Shown: piece after piece, positions 10,827 to 19,804 of the stretch
Numbering within the stretch: position 1 is the first letter of the stretch
Layout: every line of letters starts with the position of its first letter
From: Ignavibacteriota bacterium
Lineage (GTDB): Bacteria > Bacteroidota > Ignavibacteria > UBA10030 > UBA6906
Length of the DNA stretch: 64,000 nt
NCBI GenBank assembly: GCA_963801355.1
Contig: CAWDEM010000008.1
Location: 2,144,001 to 2,208,000, forward strand
Direction of reading: 5' to 3'
Notes under the pieces: generated by a model
Told to the model about the DNA's origin: nothing
Database searches by the model: none
Seen by the model: the letters and a program-made list of their open reading frames with translations, nothing else
Translations under genes and position numbers: made by a program

Positions 10827-11858
10827 TCACCCGTTCAATACCCGAGACGACTCTCTGACAATAAACTCCGTGTCCAACACCACGCGCTCGACAGGCAATA
10901 GGGTTGAGGACTCGATGTTGCGGATAAGGATCTCCGCTGCACGCCGTCCGATCTCCTCTTGCGGTGCGCGGATCGTTGTCAGCGGCACGGGATAGACCTT
11001 GGCATAGTAAATGTCGTCGTTCCCGATAATGGAGATGTCTTCCGGAACACGAATCCCCAGGTCTTTCAGGGCCATCATGACCGCAAGCGCCTGGTGGTCA
11101 TTGAAACTGACAAGCGCCGTGGGGTAGTCCTTCCGTTCCCTGTTCTTGAAATACTCCAGCGTCTTGGCATAGCACTCATCGTAGTGCGAACCGACGGACA
11201 CGATCGTGTCTTTGTTGAAGACGAGCGGACTCTCGCTGAATGCATGCCGGAATCCTTCGATGCGTTCCTGCGTGTGCGATGACTGTGGCGGCCCGGCAAA
11301 GTGCACAATCTTCGTGTGTCCGGAACGGATCAGATATTCCACCGCTCGTTTGATCGCCTTGATGTTGTCCACCGCTACGACATTGGCCTGTATGCCTCTC
11401 ACATCTTCCAGGAGTACAAAGGGGTAGTTGACCATCTTGAGTCTGAACAGATGTTCGATTTCCGCCGTACCCCGGATGATTGGCGCAATGATCGTCCCTT
11501 TGATATCCTTGGCCGAAAAGAGATGTGACAGCATCTTTTCGCACTGGTGGTCGTCGTCCGAGCTGGCAACGATAACGGAATACCCCTTGCTGTTGGCGTG
11601 TTCTTTCACGCCCGCCGCAATAGACGTGTAGAAGGGATAGCCCATGTCTTTGATGATGAACCCGATGGTTTTGTCCCCCACTCCGTTTTTCAGGTTTCGC
11701 GCCACGCCTTTGGGCCGGAAGTTCAGTTCCTTCATGATCTCCAGAATATGATCCCGCGTTCCGGGTTTCACGGAGTTCTTTGCATTGATCACTGCGGACA
11801 CCGTGCCTTTGGAGACTCTGGCACGCCGCGCAACATCCTCGATCGTCATTCTCTTCAT
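10827..11858 (-). CDS. LacI-family transcriptional regulator
   Basis: MTIEDVARRARVSKGTVSAVIN HTH; VPEDISIIGNDD and LTTI motifs. Confidence 0.96.
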   Translation of the reverse strand: MKRMTIEDVARRARVSKGTVSAVINAKNSVKPGTRDHILEIMKELNFRPKGVARNLKNGVGDKTIGFIIKDMGYPFYTSIAAGVKEHANSKGYSVIVASSDDDHQCEKMLSHLFSAKDIKGTIIAPIIRGTAEIEHLFRLKMVNYPFVLLEDVRGIQANVVAVDNIKAIKRAVEYLIRSGHTKIVHFAGPPQSSHTQERIEGFRHAFSESPLVFNKDTIVSVGSHYDECYAKTLEYFKNRERKDYPTALVSFNDHQALAVMMALKDLGIRVPEDISIIGNDDIYYAKVYPVPLTTIRAPQEEIGRRAAEILIRNIESSTLLPVERVVLDTEFIVRESSRVLNG

Positions 11859-11885
11859 GGATAGCCTCTGGTATCCCCCGCACCA

Positions 11886-13382
11886 TCAGGGGACAAATGT
11901 CTTCCTTCGTGCAGCCAGCTCATCCTGAATCTGCAAGTTGAGTCTCTTGCTGATGCTATAGAACGCAAGGGCAACGACGCCGATGAAGAATGTAATCGCC
12001 GGGTATACGCTTCCCGCCATGCGGATGCCCAAAAGAGCGTGCTCTGTCTGAACGGCGTTGGCGACATACCCGTATCCGGCCAGCAGCCATCCGCATATGG
12101 CGCCGCCCAGTCCCAACCCCGCTTTGAGCGCAAACACAATACCGGCAAACACGACGCCTGTCGCCCGGCGATGTGTTCTCCACTCGGCGAAGTCGGCCAC
12201 ATCGGCCATCATTGCCCACAGGAGCGGGATTGTCGGGCCGTAGGCCAGCGACTTCAGAATGTTCAGGCTGAAGATCAGCCCGATGTCGCCCGCAGGCGGC
12301 ATGATGAACAGCACGGTGAACACCGTCGTGAAGAACAAACCCACCAGAAAGACGATTTTCTTGCCAAATCGCACCGCAAGCATCTTGGAGCAGAGCACAC
12401 CGATGATTGACACAAGCTGACCGGCCATATTAAAGAGGCTGAATCCGACGGAGCTCACGTTGGACCGGTCATCCAGGGCGATGAGGCCGAACGCATTGAG
12501 CCACGAATGCCACGTCCCTCCCTCGCCGGGCGACGATGCCACGAGTCCCAGCGACTGCAGGAATGTGAAGAGCGACTCTTTGTCAACGTAGTACGTGAAG
12601 TAGTAAAACATGCCGCTCCCCCACAATGCGAGAGTAATGAACAGGAAGAGCGTCAGCACGAACATGGAAATCCAGGGCTTGTTCTTCAGAAGATCGGCAA
12701 AGTCCTGTTTGGGTGAGGATTTCTGTTTGGGGTCGGGACGAATGCGCTCGCGTGTGCTGAGAAACGTGATAACAAAGCAAACAATGCTGATCAGGGCAAA
12801 CACACCGATCGTGAGCTGCCACCCCTTGGACGCGTTGCCCTCCCCGAGTTTTGCCACCATTGGAAGGGTGAGACCCTGCACCAGAAACGAAGCCGACATG
12901 GCAAAGAAGAAACGGTAGGAGGAGAGGCTTGTGCGTTCGTTCACATCACCGGTTATGACGCCGTTCAGGGCGGAATACGGCAAATTGTTGACTGAATAAA
13001 TCGTCATCAGGAGAATGTAGGTGATATAGGCATATACCACTTTTCCTGAGGCGCTGAAGTCCGGTGTGGTGAAGGCACACACAAATATTACCGCGAATGG
13101 GATTGCCGACCAGAGCACCCAGGGCCGGAATTTCCCCCACCTCGTGTTCGTCCGGTCCGCCACCACTCCCATGAAGGGATCGAACACAGCGTCCCAGAAG
13201 CGTCCTACCAGCAGCAGCGTACCGGCCGCCGCCGCCGTGATACCGAAAACATCAGTGTAGAATCCGAGCTGGAAAATCAGCATCGTCTGAAAGACGAAGT
13301 TGGCTGCCGCATCGCCGAAACCGTAACCGATTTTTTCCCGTACGGAAAGCTTGCCACTGTTCGGTGCCACCGTTTCCTTCAT
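11886..13382 (-). CDS. MFS glycoside-pentoside-hexuronide (GPH):cation symporter, likely xyloside/xylo-oligosaccharide
   Basis: EKIGYGFGDAAAN, DAVFDPFMG..ADRTNTRWGKFRPW, NLPYSAL, MMADVAD motifs; xylan context. Confidence 0.93.
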   Translation of the reverse strand: MKETVAPNSGKLSVREKIGYGFGDAAANFVFQTMLIFQLGFYTDVFGITAAAAGTLLLVGRFWDAVFDPFMGVVADRTNTRWGKFRPWVLWSAIPFAVIFVCAFTTPDFSASGKVVYAYITYILLMTIYSVNNLPYSALNGVITGDVNERTSLSSYRFFFAMSASFLVQGLTLPMVAKLGEGNASKGWQLTIGVFALISIVCFVITFLSTRERIRPDPKQKSSPKQDFADLLKNKPWISMFVLTLFLFITLALWGSGMFYYFTYYVDKESLFTFLQSLGLVASSPGEGGTWHSWLNAFGLIALDDRSNVSSVGFSLFNMAGQLVSIIGVLCSKMLAVRFGKKIVFLVGLFFTTVFTVLFIMPPAGDIGLIFSLNILKSLAYGPTIPLLWAMMADVADFAEWRTHRRATGVVFAGIVFALKAGLGLGGAICGWLLAGYGYVANAVQTEHALLGIRMAGSVYPAITFFIGVVALAFYSISKRLNLQIQDELAARRKTFVP

Positions 13383-13398
13383 TCGTAGTGCCTGTCAG

Positions 13399-13566
13399 TC
13401 AAGAACGTGGAGAACTGCTGTCGTGGATGCACACGTGCACAACTTCCTCACTGGCTCCGGTGCCGGTGTTCTTTGCGTGAACAAGGACGTGGGTGGCTTC
13501 GCCGGGCTGTACCGTCGGTCTTTCCAGCCGCAATGTGCTGAACGCAAACGAGGTATGACTGAGGCA
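13399..13566 (-). pseudogene. fragment of a GH3 C-terminal fibronectin-III-like domain
   Basis: LSHTSFAFSTLRLERPTVQPGEATHVLVHAKNTGTGASEEVVHVCIHD resembles the GH3 consensus LSYTTF.YS.L......V.V.V.NTG..AG.EVVQLY.HD; no catalytic domain attached. Confidence 0.7.
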
Positions 13567-13688
13567 ATTCCTTCGACCATTGTGGCGTCCGTGGGTGAGA
13601 TGCATTGCCTCTCACGAACCGTCAACCCGGGGTGCGGGGAGGTTGAACTCGTTGCTACTTAGGAATGAATTGAATTGTTCAAATCAAG

Positions 13689-13702
13689 TTGAACCGTTTC
13701 AA
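13689..13702. promoter_or_regulatory. putative LacI-family operator for the xylan operon
   Basis: TTGAAC-CG-TTTCAA, near-perfect palindrome with central CG, upstream of the MFS-LacI operon; a related TTGAAttgTTCAA lies at 13670-13682. Confidence 0.7.
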
Positions 13703-13752
13703 TGTTAACCTGTGCCAGTCAAAAAAGCAAGGAAAAAGTTCAGAAAGTGTCG

Positions 13753-13814
13753 AAAATAGAATCGGCAAGCCACAATCACCGATTGAACGCGGTGAAAGGG
13801 ACTTGCCGACTATT
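13753..13814 (-). terminator. long hairpin, probable intrinsic terminator of the pgs operon
   Basis: Minus strand: TCGGCAAG...TCACCG-loop-CGGTGA...CTTGCCGA followed by TTCTATTTT. Confidence 0.55.
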
Positions 13815-13902
13815 GAATACGTACTGAAAGGGGGGTAATCCGAAGCCTACTGCAGCAACAAAATGCGTTTTGTCCGGACATGAAACAGCGATGAGGTGGC
13901 GA

Positions 13903-14997
13903 CTACGTCATGAATCTACGAAAAGCGTCCCCGATTGTAAAGGAACCGCTCCGGAGCAGACGGTGTAGGGCGATGAGCCCGAGAAGCCCGCATATCAACA
14001 ACACGACAGGACCACGGTCAACAGTCGCATCATAGAGCACGTTGTCATTTGCCAATGAGCCGTCAATGTCGGGCAGGAGCGGCAGATCATATCGGGATGC
14101 GATATCCCTGATATTGAGCAGGTGCACAACGGGGATATTGCGTGAGGAGAACCGCTCGATAAGCCCCCGGCCCGGATTGCTGCAGTGCAGAGGATGCGGG
14201 ATGAGGCCGGTCGGAATTGTGCTCGCGTGTTCACATATGCCCAGACTGGTTTGATTACCGCCGATGTTCACCAGAACGTCCGGGTGCGCCGATAACAACA
14301 TCTCCTCCTTGGATTGAACCGCGTTTGCGAACGTGGGAAAGACACTCAACGCGACACCGTGTCGTTCCGCGGTCCGGCTTAGTATTTGGAGGCCTTCCTC
14401 GGACAGCCCGCCCCCGCTATCCCCCTCAGCCCCCATGGTCACGAGAGCAGACCGGTAATGGAGTCCGCCGTCCTCTCTGAGCCAGTCCTCCATGTCCAGC
14501 CACGTCGCGCCGGATTGATTCGCCCCGAAGGAAGAAGAACCCAGAGAACTCAGGATGACTGCCCGGGCACCGATCGTTTGCACGGCAGCGAGCGAGGCGA
14601 CAGCCAGTGTCGGGAACGAACCCGAAAGAACAACTCCTACCGTGGAAGATGAGTCCACGCCGGCATCGTGCAGCAATCGAATCATCAACGCCGCGAAGCG
14701 GGGATTTGCTGCCGTGCGCTTTGCCTCGAGCGACCCGAGCGTCGTCGTGAACTCCGACCACTCCTGTCCGAGCATCCCGGAATATTTGAAAGACTGAGGG
14801 ACCTCGCGGACGATTCCCGCCTGCCGCTTCCGTGCTTCGATGATGTCGAACCATTGCGATGCCAGAGCCTCCGCCCGACACATCGCAGGGGCATCAGCGC
14901 GATCGCTCCGCTTCACTAGTACGTTCCGTGCAAACACCAGCGCCAGCACCGCAACCCCGAGGATTGCGTAGAGTCGCATATGGCCCGTAGTCGCCAT
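13903..14997 (-). CDS. pgsW: poly-gamma-glutamate system protein PgsW-like
   Basis: GMLGQEWSEFTTTLGSLEAKRTAANP, SGSFP, SSLGSSSFGAN, VNIGGN, VVHLLNI; directly after pgsBC. Start reassigned to MATTGHMRL. Confidence 0.85.
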   Translation of the reverse strand: MATTGHMRLYAILGVAVLALVFARNVLVKRSDRADAPAMCRAEALASQWFDIIEARKRQAGIVREVPQSFKYSGMLGQEWSEFTTTLGSLEAKRTAANPRFAALMIRLLHDAGVDSSSTVGVVLSGSFPTLAVASLAAVQTIGARAVILSSLGSSSFGANQSGATWLDMEDWLREDGGLHYRSALVTMGAEGDSGGGLSEEGLQILSRTAERHGVALSVFPTFANAVQSKEEMLLSAHPDVLVNIGGNQTSLGICEHASTIPTGLIPHPLHCSNPGRGLIERFSSRNIPVVHLLNIRDIASRYDLPLLPDIDGSLANDNVLYDATVDRGPVVLLICGLLGLIALHRLLRSGSFTIGDAFRRFMT

Positions 14998-15008
14998 GAT
15001 CAGCTGCC

Positions 15009-15434
15009 TCAACGGAGCATCAGGATCATCGCGACGAGCACTGTGACGATGCCCAGACTCGCGAGTGTCGGCAACACCTTCTGCCTCACCATCTCGTGAG
15101 CAATGAGCCCCGGGATGATGTACCCGATGGACTGCAGATCCATCGCAATTCCCCCAAGAGGCTGGATCCACCGCTCGACGGCCAGCGTGCCGCAAAACCC
15201 CAGAAGCAGGGCGAGAAGAAGCCGGCGACGTCCATAGAGAATCAGATACCCGGACAGTGCATGCAGGAGGCCCCACACCACGCAGGAGAGTATGACAGTC
15301 ACGACAATGCGATCGGGCTCTGCGATGAACAATGCGAGGTATCCCGGCGCCACCACACCGCCGGGCGAATACCCTGCGAGTTCATAAAAGAGAAAGCCCA
15401 CCACCAGTCCGATGAACAAAGCTTCTACGACCAT
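15009..15434 (-). CDS. pgsC: poly-gamma-glutamate biosynthesis membrane protein PgsC/CapC
   Basis: SPGGVVAPGYLAL, LYGRRR, IGYIIPGLIA motifs. Confidence 0.95.
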   Translation of the reverse strand: MVVEALFIGLVVGFLFYELAGYSPGGVVAPGYLALFIAEPDRIVVTVILSCVVWGLLHALSGYLILYGRRRLLLALLLGFCGTLAVERWIQPLGGIAMDLQSIGYIIPGLIAHEMVRQKVLPTLASLGIVTVLVAMILMLR

Positions 15435-16576
15435 TGCTGGATCCCTTTAAGTATGGCAAATCCATCTCCACCGATGTTGCCAACTCCCACGACAAGACAT
15501 CCGGCGGACAACTGCATACGCTCCAACGCCCGCACCGGATGACGCACATCGTCCGGCGACCACACATGGATTCTCTGGTTATCGACCCCCTGCTCCCGCA
15601 ATGCCCGTCGGGTCAGCTCGCGGTGGGTCCCCGTAACGGCGACCCGTTCAAGATCCGGGAGCGATCCGCACCACCCGGCAAACTGAAGTGATCGAAGCGG
15701 CCGGTCAGACCGCGTGTTCAGAATCACCGCGATGGGTCCACGATGAACGAGGTGATTCCTCCAGTACGCGACGAATTGCCGGGTGGACGGCACATCGTTC
15801 ACCGCAAAACCGTTGAGGAAGTGCACCCGGGCACCCGCAAGGTCGAACGCGTACACCGGTTTCTCCGTACTCTGGATCTCTTGAAGAATTGCCTCCATCG
15901 CCCTGTCCGGGTCAATCCCCAGTTCGCCGCATACGGTGAGGGCGAGCGCAACGTTGTCGGCGTGAATACCCGGAGGAAGCGCGGCAACAAACCGGCCCGG
16001 GAGTTTATCCGCTTGCAGTACCCGGGTCTGCTTGCGGCGGGCGTGTGAGGCAACCACATCTGCCCAGCATCGTTCGTTCGAGACAAGGACGGCACGGCGG
16101 GGAAGGAAAGCACAGACGGCATCGGCCTGATCACGAGTCGAAGTACCGAATTCCTCCCTGTGATCATCGAGTATATTGGTCAGAACGGAGATTGTCGGCC
16201 GGAAAAGGCGTGACTCGAGTGCCTGCAGCTGTGGATTGAGGGACATGCACTCCACGACGACGGTATCGCAGGAGGTGCGCCCTGTCAGGTGGAGGAAATT
16301 CACCTGCTCCTGCACGCGGGCGGGCCCACGCCGGTGAACGCGGGTTGTTGTGCCGTCGGGCAGCAGGAGGGTCGGCACTTCGCCTGTCACTTTGCCGAGG
16401 ACACGGTAGCCGCTCTCCCGAAGGACCGCCGTGATATACCGGACAACGCTTGATTTCCCCCGTGTCCCCCCTACATGCACACGCACCCGGAGTGCGGAGA
16501 CGCGTGCGCGGACTGCGAGCGCCTCTACTGCTAAAGCCGTGCAAACGAGACCAAGGAGGACCGCTACGGTCACCAT
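15425..16576 (-). CDS. pgsB: poly-gamma-glutamate synthase PgsB/CapB
   Basis: RVHVGGTRGKSSV P-loop, GKVTG, VECMSLNP.LQ, TNILDDH, FAVND, NTRSDR, GNIGG. Confidence 0.95.
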   Translation of the reverse strand: MVTVAVLLGLVCTALAVEALAVRARVSALRVRVHVGGTRGKSSVVRYITAVLRESGYRVLGKVTGEVPTLLLPDGTTTRVHRRGPARVQEQVNFLHLTGRTSCDTVVVECMSLNPQLQALESRLFRPTISVLTNILDDHREEFGTSTRDQADAVCAFLPRRAVLVSNERCWADVVASHARRKQTRVLQADKLPGRFVAALPPGIHADNVALALTVCGELGIDPDRAMEAILQEIQSTEKPVYAFDLAGARVHFLNGFAVNDVPSTRQFVAYWRNHLVHRGPIAVILNTRSDRPLRSLQFAGWCGSLPDLERVAVTGTHRELTRRALREQGVDNQRIHVWSPDDVRHPVRALERMQLSAGCLVVGVGNIGGDGFAILKGIQQWS

Positions 16577-16579
16577 TGA

Positions 16580-17134
16580 CTATTTGAATGCAGCAGCAAG
16601 AGGTTCGATGACCCCTGCTATCTTGTCGACTACCTCAATCTTCACCTTGCGGTTTGCGGCGATCTTTGTAAAGAACCCATCCTCGTTTCCCTGTTTCACG
16701 ACGATGAGTTGTCGGGCGGCCTCCGCGGCGAATTTATTGAAGTCATCCGACTGGGTCCCCCTGCGCGCCTTGCCCCCGATGTGCAATGTGATGATGGGCA
16801 GCTTTGCCGCCTGTGATGCAGCCACAATGGCTTTCACCCTCTCCATTTCCTGATCCCGGCTCGTGCCCGCCGCACCCAGTCCCTTCGAGCTGAAGCCGGC
16901 GACGATCATGAGCGTCTTGAAGCCCTTCAAGTCGGCTACAGAGGCCGCCGGAATCACCTTGGCTTCCAGTCCGGCTTTCTTGCAGAGACTTCCTGCAAGA
17001 GTCACATCGGCACTCTGGCCGGCAGAGGTAATCAGGATCGGCGACTGGAAGGCAGATGTACCCTGGGGCATCACCGGGGCAGTCGCCGCGAAGAAAAGAA
17101 CAATGACAGCCAACAGCAGATATTGACGTCGCAT
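16580..17134 (-). CDS. exported DUF6305-like protein
   Basis: Signal peptide MRRQYLLLAV...; PILITSAGQSAD, GFSSKGLGAAG, LHIGGKARRG..SD motifs; GGAG RBS before ATG 17134. Confidence 0.75.
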   Translation of the reverse strand: MRRQYLLLAVIVLFFAATAPVMPQGTSAFQSPILITSAGQSADVTLAGSLCKKAGLEAKVIPAASVADLKGFKTLMIVAGFSSKGLGAAGTSRDQEMERVKAIVAASQAAKLPIITLHIGGKARRGTQSDDFNKFAAEAARQLIVVKQGNEDGFFTKIAANRKVKIEVVDKIAGVIEPLAAAFK

Positions 17135-17189
17135 GGTGCTCTCCATAGATGAACCGGATGTACACAATATACTACTATTTCCGCTTTGC

Positions 17190-18323
17190 TTACCGGAGGT
17201 ACCGTTCAACGCCCTCTTGCAGGAGTGCCGTGTAGGTCGGCAGCCTCTCCAATGTGAACGGGGAATCCGGATGCTGCACATTGTACGCATCGGTGAGCGC
17301 CCGGAGCCCTTGCACGTGACGGGCAACGCGTCGCGACAGCGACTCTCCGCCCGGGTCGTAGGTGATACGCATCGTTCCCAGCTGTTCGGCAATCCGGTAC
17401 CAGGGATCGACACCGGAGACGAGGAGCTCCTCTGAAGTTCGGCCGCGCAGCCGCCCCTGGATGGGATTGCTGGTCTCCATGAGAAACGGAATCACCGCCG
17501 TACAATCACCCCACTCGCGGTGACTCAAACCATGGAAATTCGTCGGTGACAGTTCCAGGGAGTACCGGAGGTCTTCAAACTCAAGATTCAGTACGGCATC
17601 TGCGGCCAGCTCCCGTCCCTTCTCGTGCGTGACGATTGCGTTGATAATGGGAATCTCCGGCGCCGCTTCGTGCAGGTCCACGGCGACATCCACATGTTCC
17701 CGTTTGATCAATGTGACGATGGCGAAGGCGGTCTGTTCCGTCAGCGAGCCGTCCGGTCGTCCAGGATAGGCTCTGTTCAGATTGCGAGTCTCATTGCCTG
17801 AGAGCTGCTGTGCCGAAGGATAGTGCAGATACACCATCGGATCGGGCCATTGATCGATGCCATTTGCGGCCCGTCCACCGAACCGGAATTTCCGTGTGCC
17901 GCTTCCCGTAACGAGAGAAAACGTTTGGGGAGACCCCTCCAGGGGATCCGTGCCGGTGAACCCGCTGGCACACGCCTGCGGGATGATCAGACAACGTCCG
18001 GTCCGGATGGAAAGCCGCTCGAGCAACAGTGTTGCCGCGATAAATCCCGCCGGCTCGTTCGGGTGGGTTCCACCCAGCACGAGCAGCGTCGGACCGGGGT
18101 CCCGGCCTTCAAACACGAACACACGCGTGTCTGCCCGCGTGCCGCGGAGCGACGGGCAGTAGGTACTCAGGGAGTCCACCTTCGTAAGAGCGTCCGATGG
18201 ATACAGGACGTCGGGCGACCACATGGAGACGAATTCCCTGCCCGCCACAACACAGAGAACGGCCACGATCATCAACAGGCCCAACGCTCGTGCATGATGT
18301 ACAACCATTGTCCGCGGCATCAT
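17190..18323 (-). CDS. succinylglutamate desuccinylase/aspartoacylase (M14-like) deacylase, membrane-anchored or exported
   Basis: GGTHPNEPAG, RNLNRAYPG, VDLHEA zinc-site motifs; ATG overlaps the upstream stop (ATGA). Confidence 0.85.
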   Translation of the reverse strand: MMPRTMVVHHARALGLLMIVAVLCVVAGREFVSMWSPDVLYPSDALTKVDSLSTYCPSLRGTRADTRVFVFEGRDPGPTLLVLGGTHPNEPAGFIAATLLLERLSIRTGRCLIIPQACASGFTGTDPLEGSPQTFSLVTGSGTRKFRFGGRAANGIDQWPDPMVYLHYPSAQQLSGNETRNLNRAYPGRPDGSLTEQTAFAIVTLIKREHVDVAVDLHEAAPEIPIINAIVTHEKGRELAADAVLNLEFEDLRYSLELSPTNFHGLSHREWGDCTAVIPFLMETSNPIQGRLRGRTSEELLVSGVDPWYRIAEQLGTMRITYDPGGESLSRRVARHVQGLRALTDAYNVQHPDSPFTLERLPTYTALLQEGVERYLR

Positions 18324-18466
18324 TTGACCTGCAAGATGCGCAAGAACAGAGGGATAAGCACCAATGCGAGTGCGATTTGCTCGCGCCACCGCTTCTCAGT
18401 AAACAGCTCGGCAATGAGCAATCCTGCACAATACACTGCAAGAGCGATGTACATCCAGTGCAGCAT
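18320..18466 (-). CDS. 48-aa two-helix membrane peptide (missed by the ORF track)
   Basis: MLHWMYIALAVYCAGLLIAELFTEKRWREQIALALVLIPLFLRILQVK*; AAGGA RBS; fills the gap between genes and is coupled to the next gene by an ATGA overlap. Confidence 0.75.
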   Translation of the reverse strand: MLHWMYIALAVYCAGLLIAELFTEKRWREQIALALVLIPLFLRILQVK

Positions 18467-18481
18467 ACACGTTCCTTCTTC

Positions 18482-19777
18482 CTAGTACCGGATCATGGAC
18501 CCGAGTTGAGCCGCGTAGATGATCATGAGGATTCCCACGACAAGGGAAAGCACTATCAGGGGGAGGCTCTCCCGCAGGATGCGGAAGTGATTCTTTTCGC
18601 CCACCAGTTGAGCCGCGAAGACACAGAGCAACGACGGAGGGGGCATGAGGTCCCCCAGCCCTGCGATCAGTGACAACGCCGACGACACGACAATCTCATT
18701 GCGGCCCAGGAACACATAGACCAGCGGGACGCCCAACACTGACGATGCCGCATACGCGGAACCGAAGGCCGGCATGATTCCCGCAATGCCGAGATAGAGC
18801 AGGGCGGGCGGAAGCTGGAGCGCACTCACCGCAATGAATCCCCGCACACCGGTGAGAGTCATGATCTGGACAAACATCCCGACTCCCACGAGGATGACCA
18901 TGATGGGAAGCGCATCACGGATCGCAACACGCGATACACGCAAGAAGTTAACCCGCTCCCCTGTCCCCCACGCCGCCGCAGCACCCAGCATGAACACGAG
19001 AGGTACACCGATGTCCGGCACCCGGGCCGGCACCACACGTACTGCTACCATGAAGCCGATCACCACAAGCAACGGGAGAAAGAGCTTAGCCCCGTGACGA
19101 CTGTAGACGGACGGTGGGAGCTTGGCCAGGACGGCATCGGGGGCGATGGTGCGGATGTAGCGGACACGGAAATAGACGGCGGTAATGATCGCCAACGGCA
19201 GAGTGGCGATGAGGAGCGGAAGCTCGAAGCCGATGTACGGCATATCCACACCCCCGCCGATGATCATCACAGGAATATTGATCGGCGGTGCAATCATGCC
19301 ATAGACGGCAGCCATCGCCACGAATGAGCCAACCGCCACCGGAGGCACTCCCATCGCCAGCAGCGCGGGTGTCACAAGCGCGCCGGTCGTGAGAATGCAC
19401 GCCGACGAGAGGCCGGTGAGCATTCCGGGAAACATCACGAACAACATTACCAGGATGATCAAGAGCGTCGGCCACCGGTAGAGAGAACGGATCATCGCGA
19501 CGCTGATGGCCCCTAAGGCCCCGCTGGCTTCAATGGCTTTCATGAAGATCATCGCCGATGCGATGATCAACACGGCATCGAGATACCCGAATGTCCCTTC
19601 GACAAGATGACGCACCGGGAAGCCGTATCCTCCCGCGAGCGCGCCAGCGACCGATGCGAGCGCGAGCGCCAGCCCTGCCGGGAGTTTCCACCAGAACACT
19701 CCAACAGCAAACACCGCCAGCATGATCAGCAGGACAATGAGTTCCAGGGGCATCAGAGTGTCCGCGGGTTCATTCAA
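18482..19777 (-). CDS. DctM-like TRAP/IT-superfamily large permease
   Basis: About 12 hydrophobic segments; RHLVEGTFGYLD, GMIAPPINIP, GDLMPP motifs. Confidence 0.8.
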   Translation of the reverse strand: MNEPADTLMPLELIVLLIMLAVFAVGVFWWKLPAGLALALASVAGALAGGYGFPVRHLVEGTFGYLDAVLIIASAMIFMKAIEASGALGAISVAMIRSLYRWPTLLIILVMLFVMFPGMLTGLSSACILTTGALVTPALLAMGVPPVAVGSFVAMAAVYGMIAPPINIPVMIIGGGVDMPYIGFELPLLIATLPLAIITAVYFRVRYIRTIAPDAVLAKLPPSVYSRHGAKLFLPLLVVIGFMVAVRVVPARVPDIGVPLVFMLGAAAAWGTGERVNFLRVSRVAIRDALPIMVILVGVGMFVQIMTLTGVRGFIAVSALQLPPALLYLGIAGIMPAFGSAYAASSVLGVPLVYVFLGRNEIVVSSALSLIAGLGDLMPPPSLLCVFAAQLVGEKNHFRILRESLPLIVLSLVVGILMIIYAAQLGSMIRY

Positions 19778-19804
19778 CCCGACACGAAGTTCTTTTGAAC
19801 CCGA

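Noticed and set aside
13753-13814. Riboswitch upstream of the xylan operon
   Set aside because: No recognisable aptamer consensus; it lies upstream of the operator and is followed by a T-rich tract, fitting a terminator.
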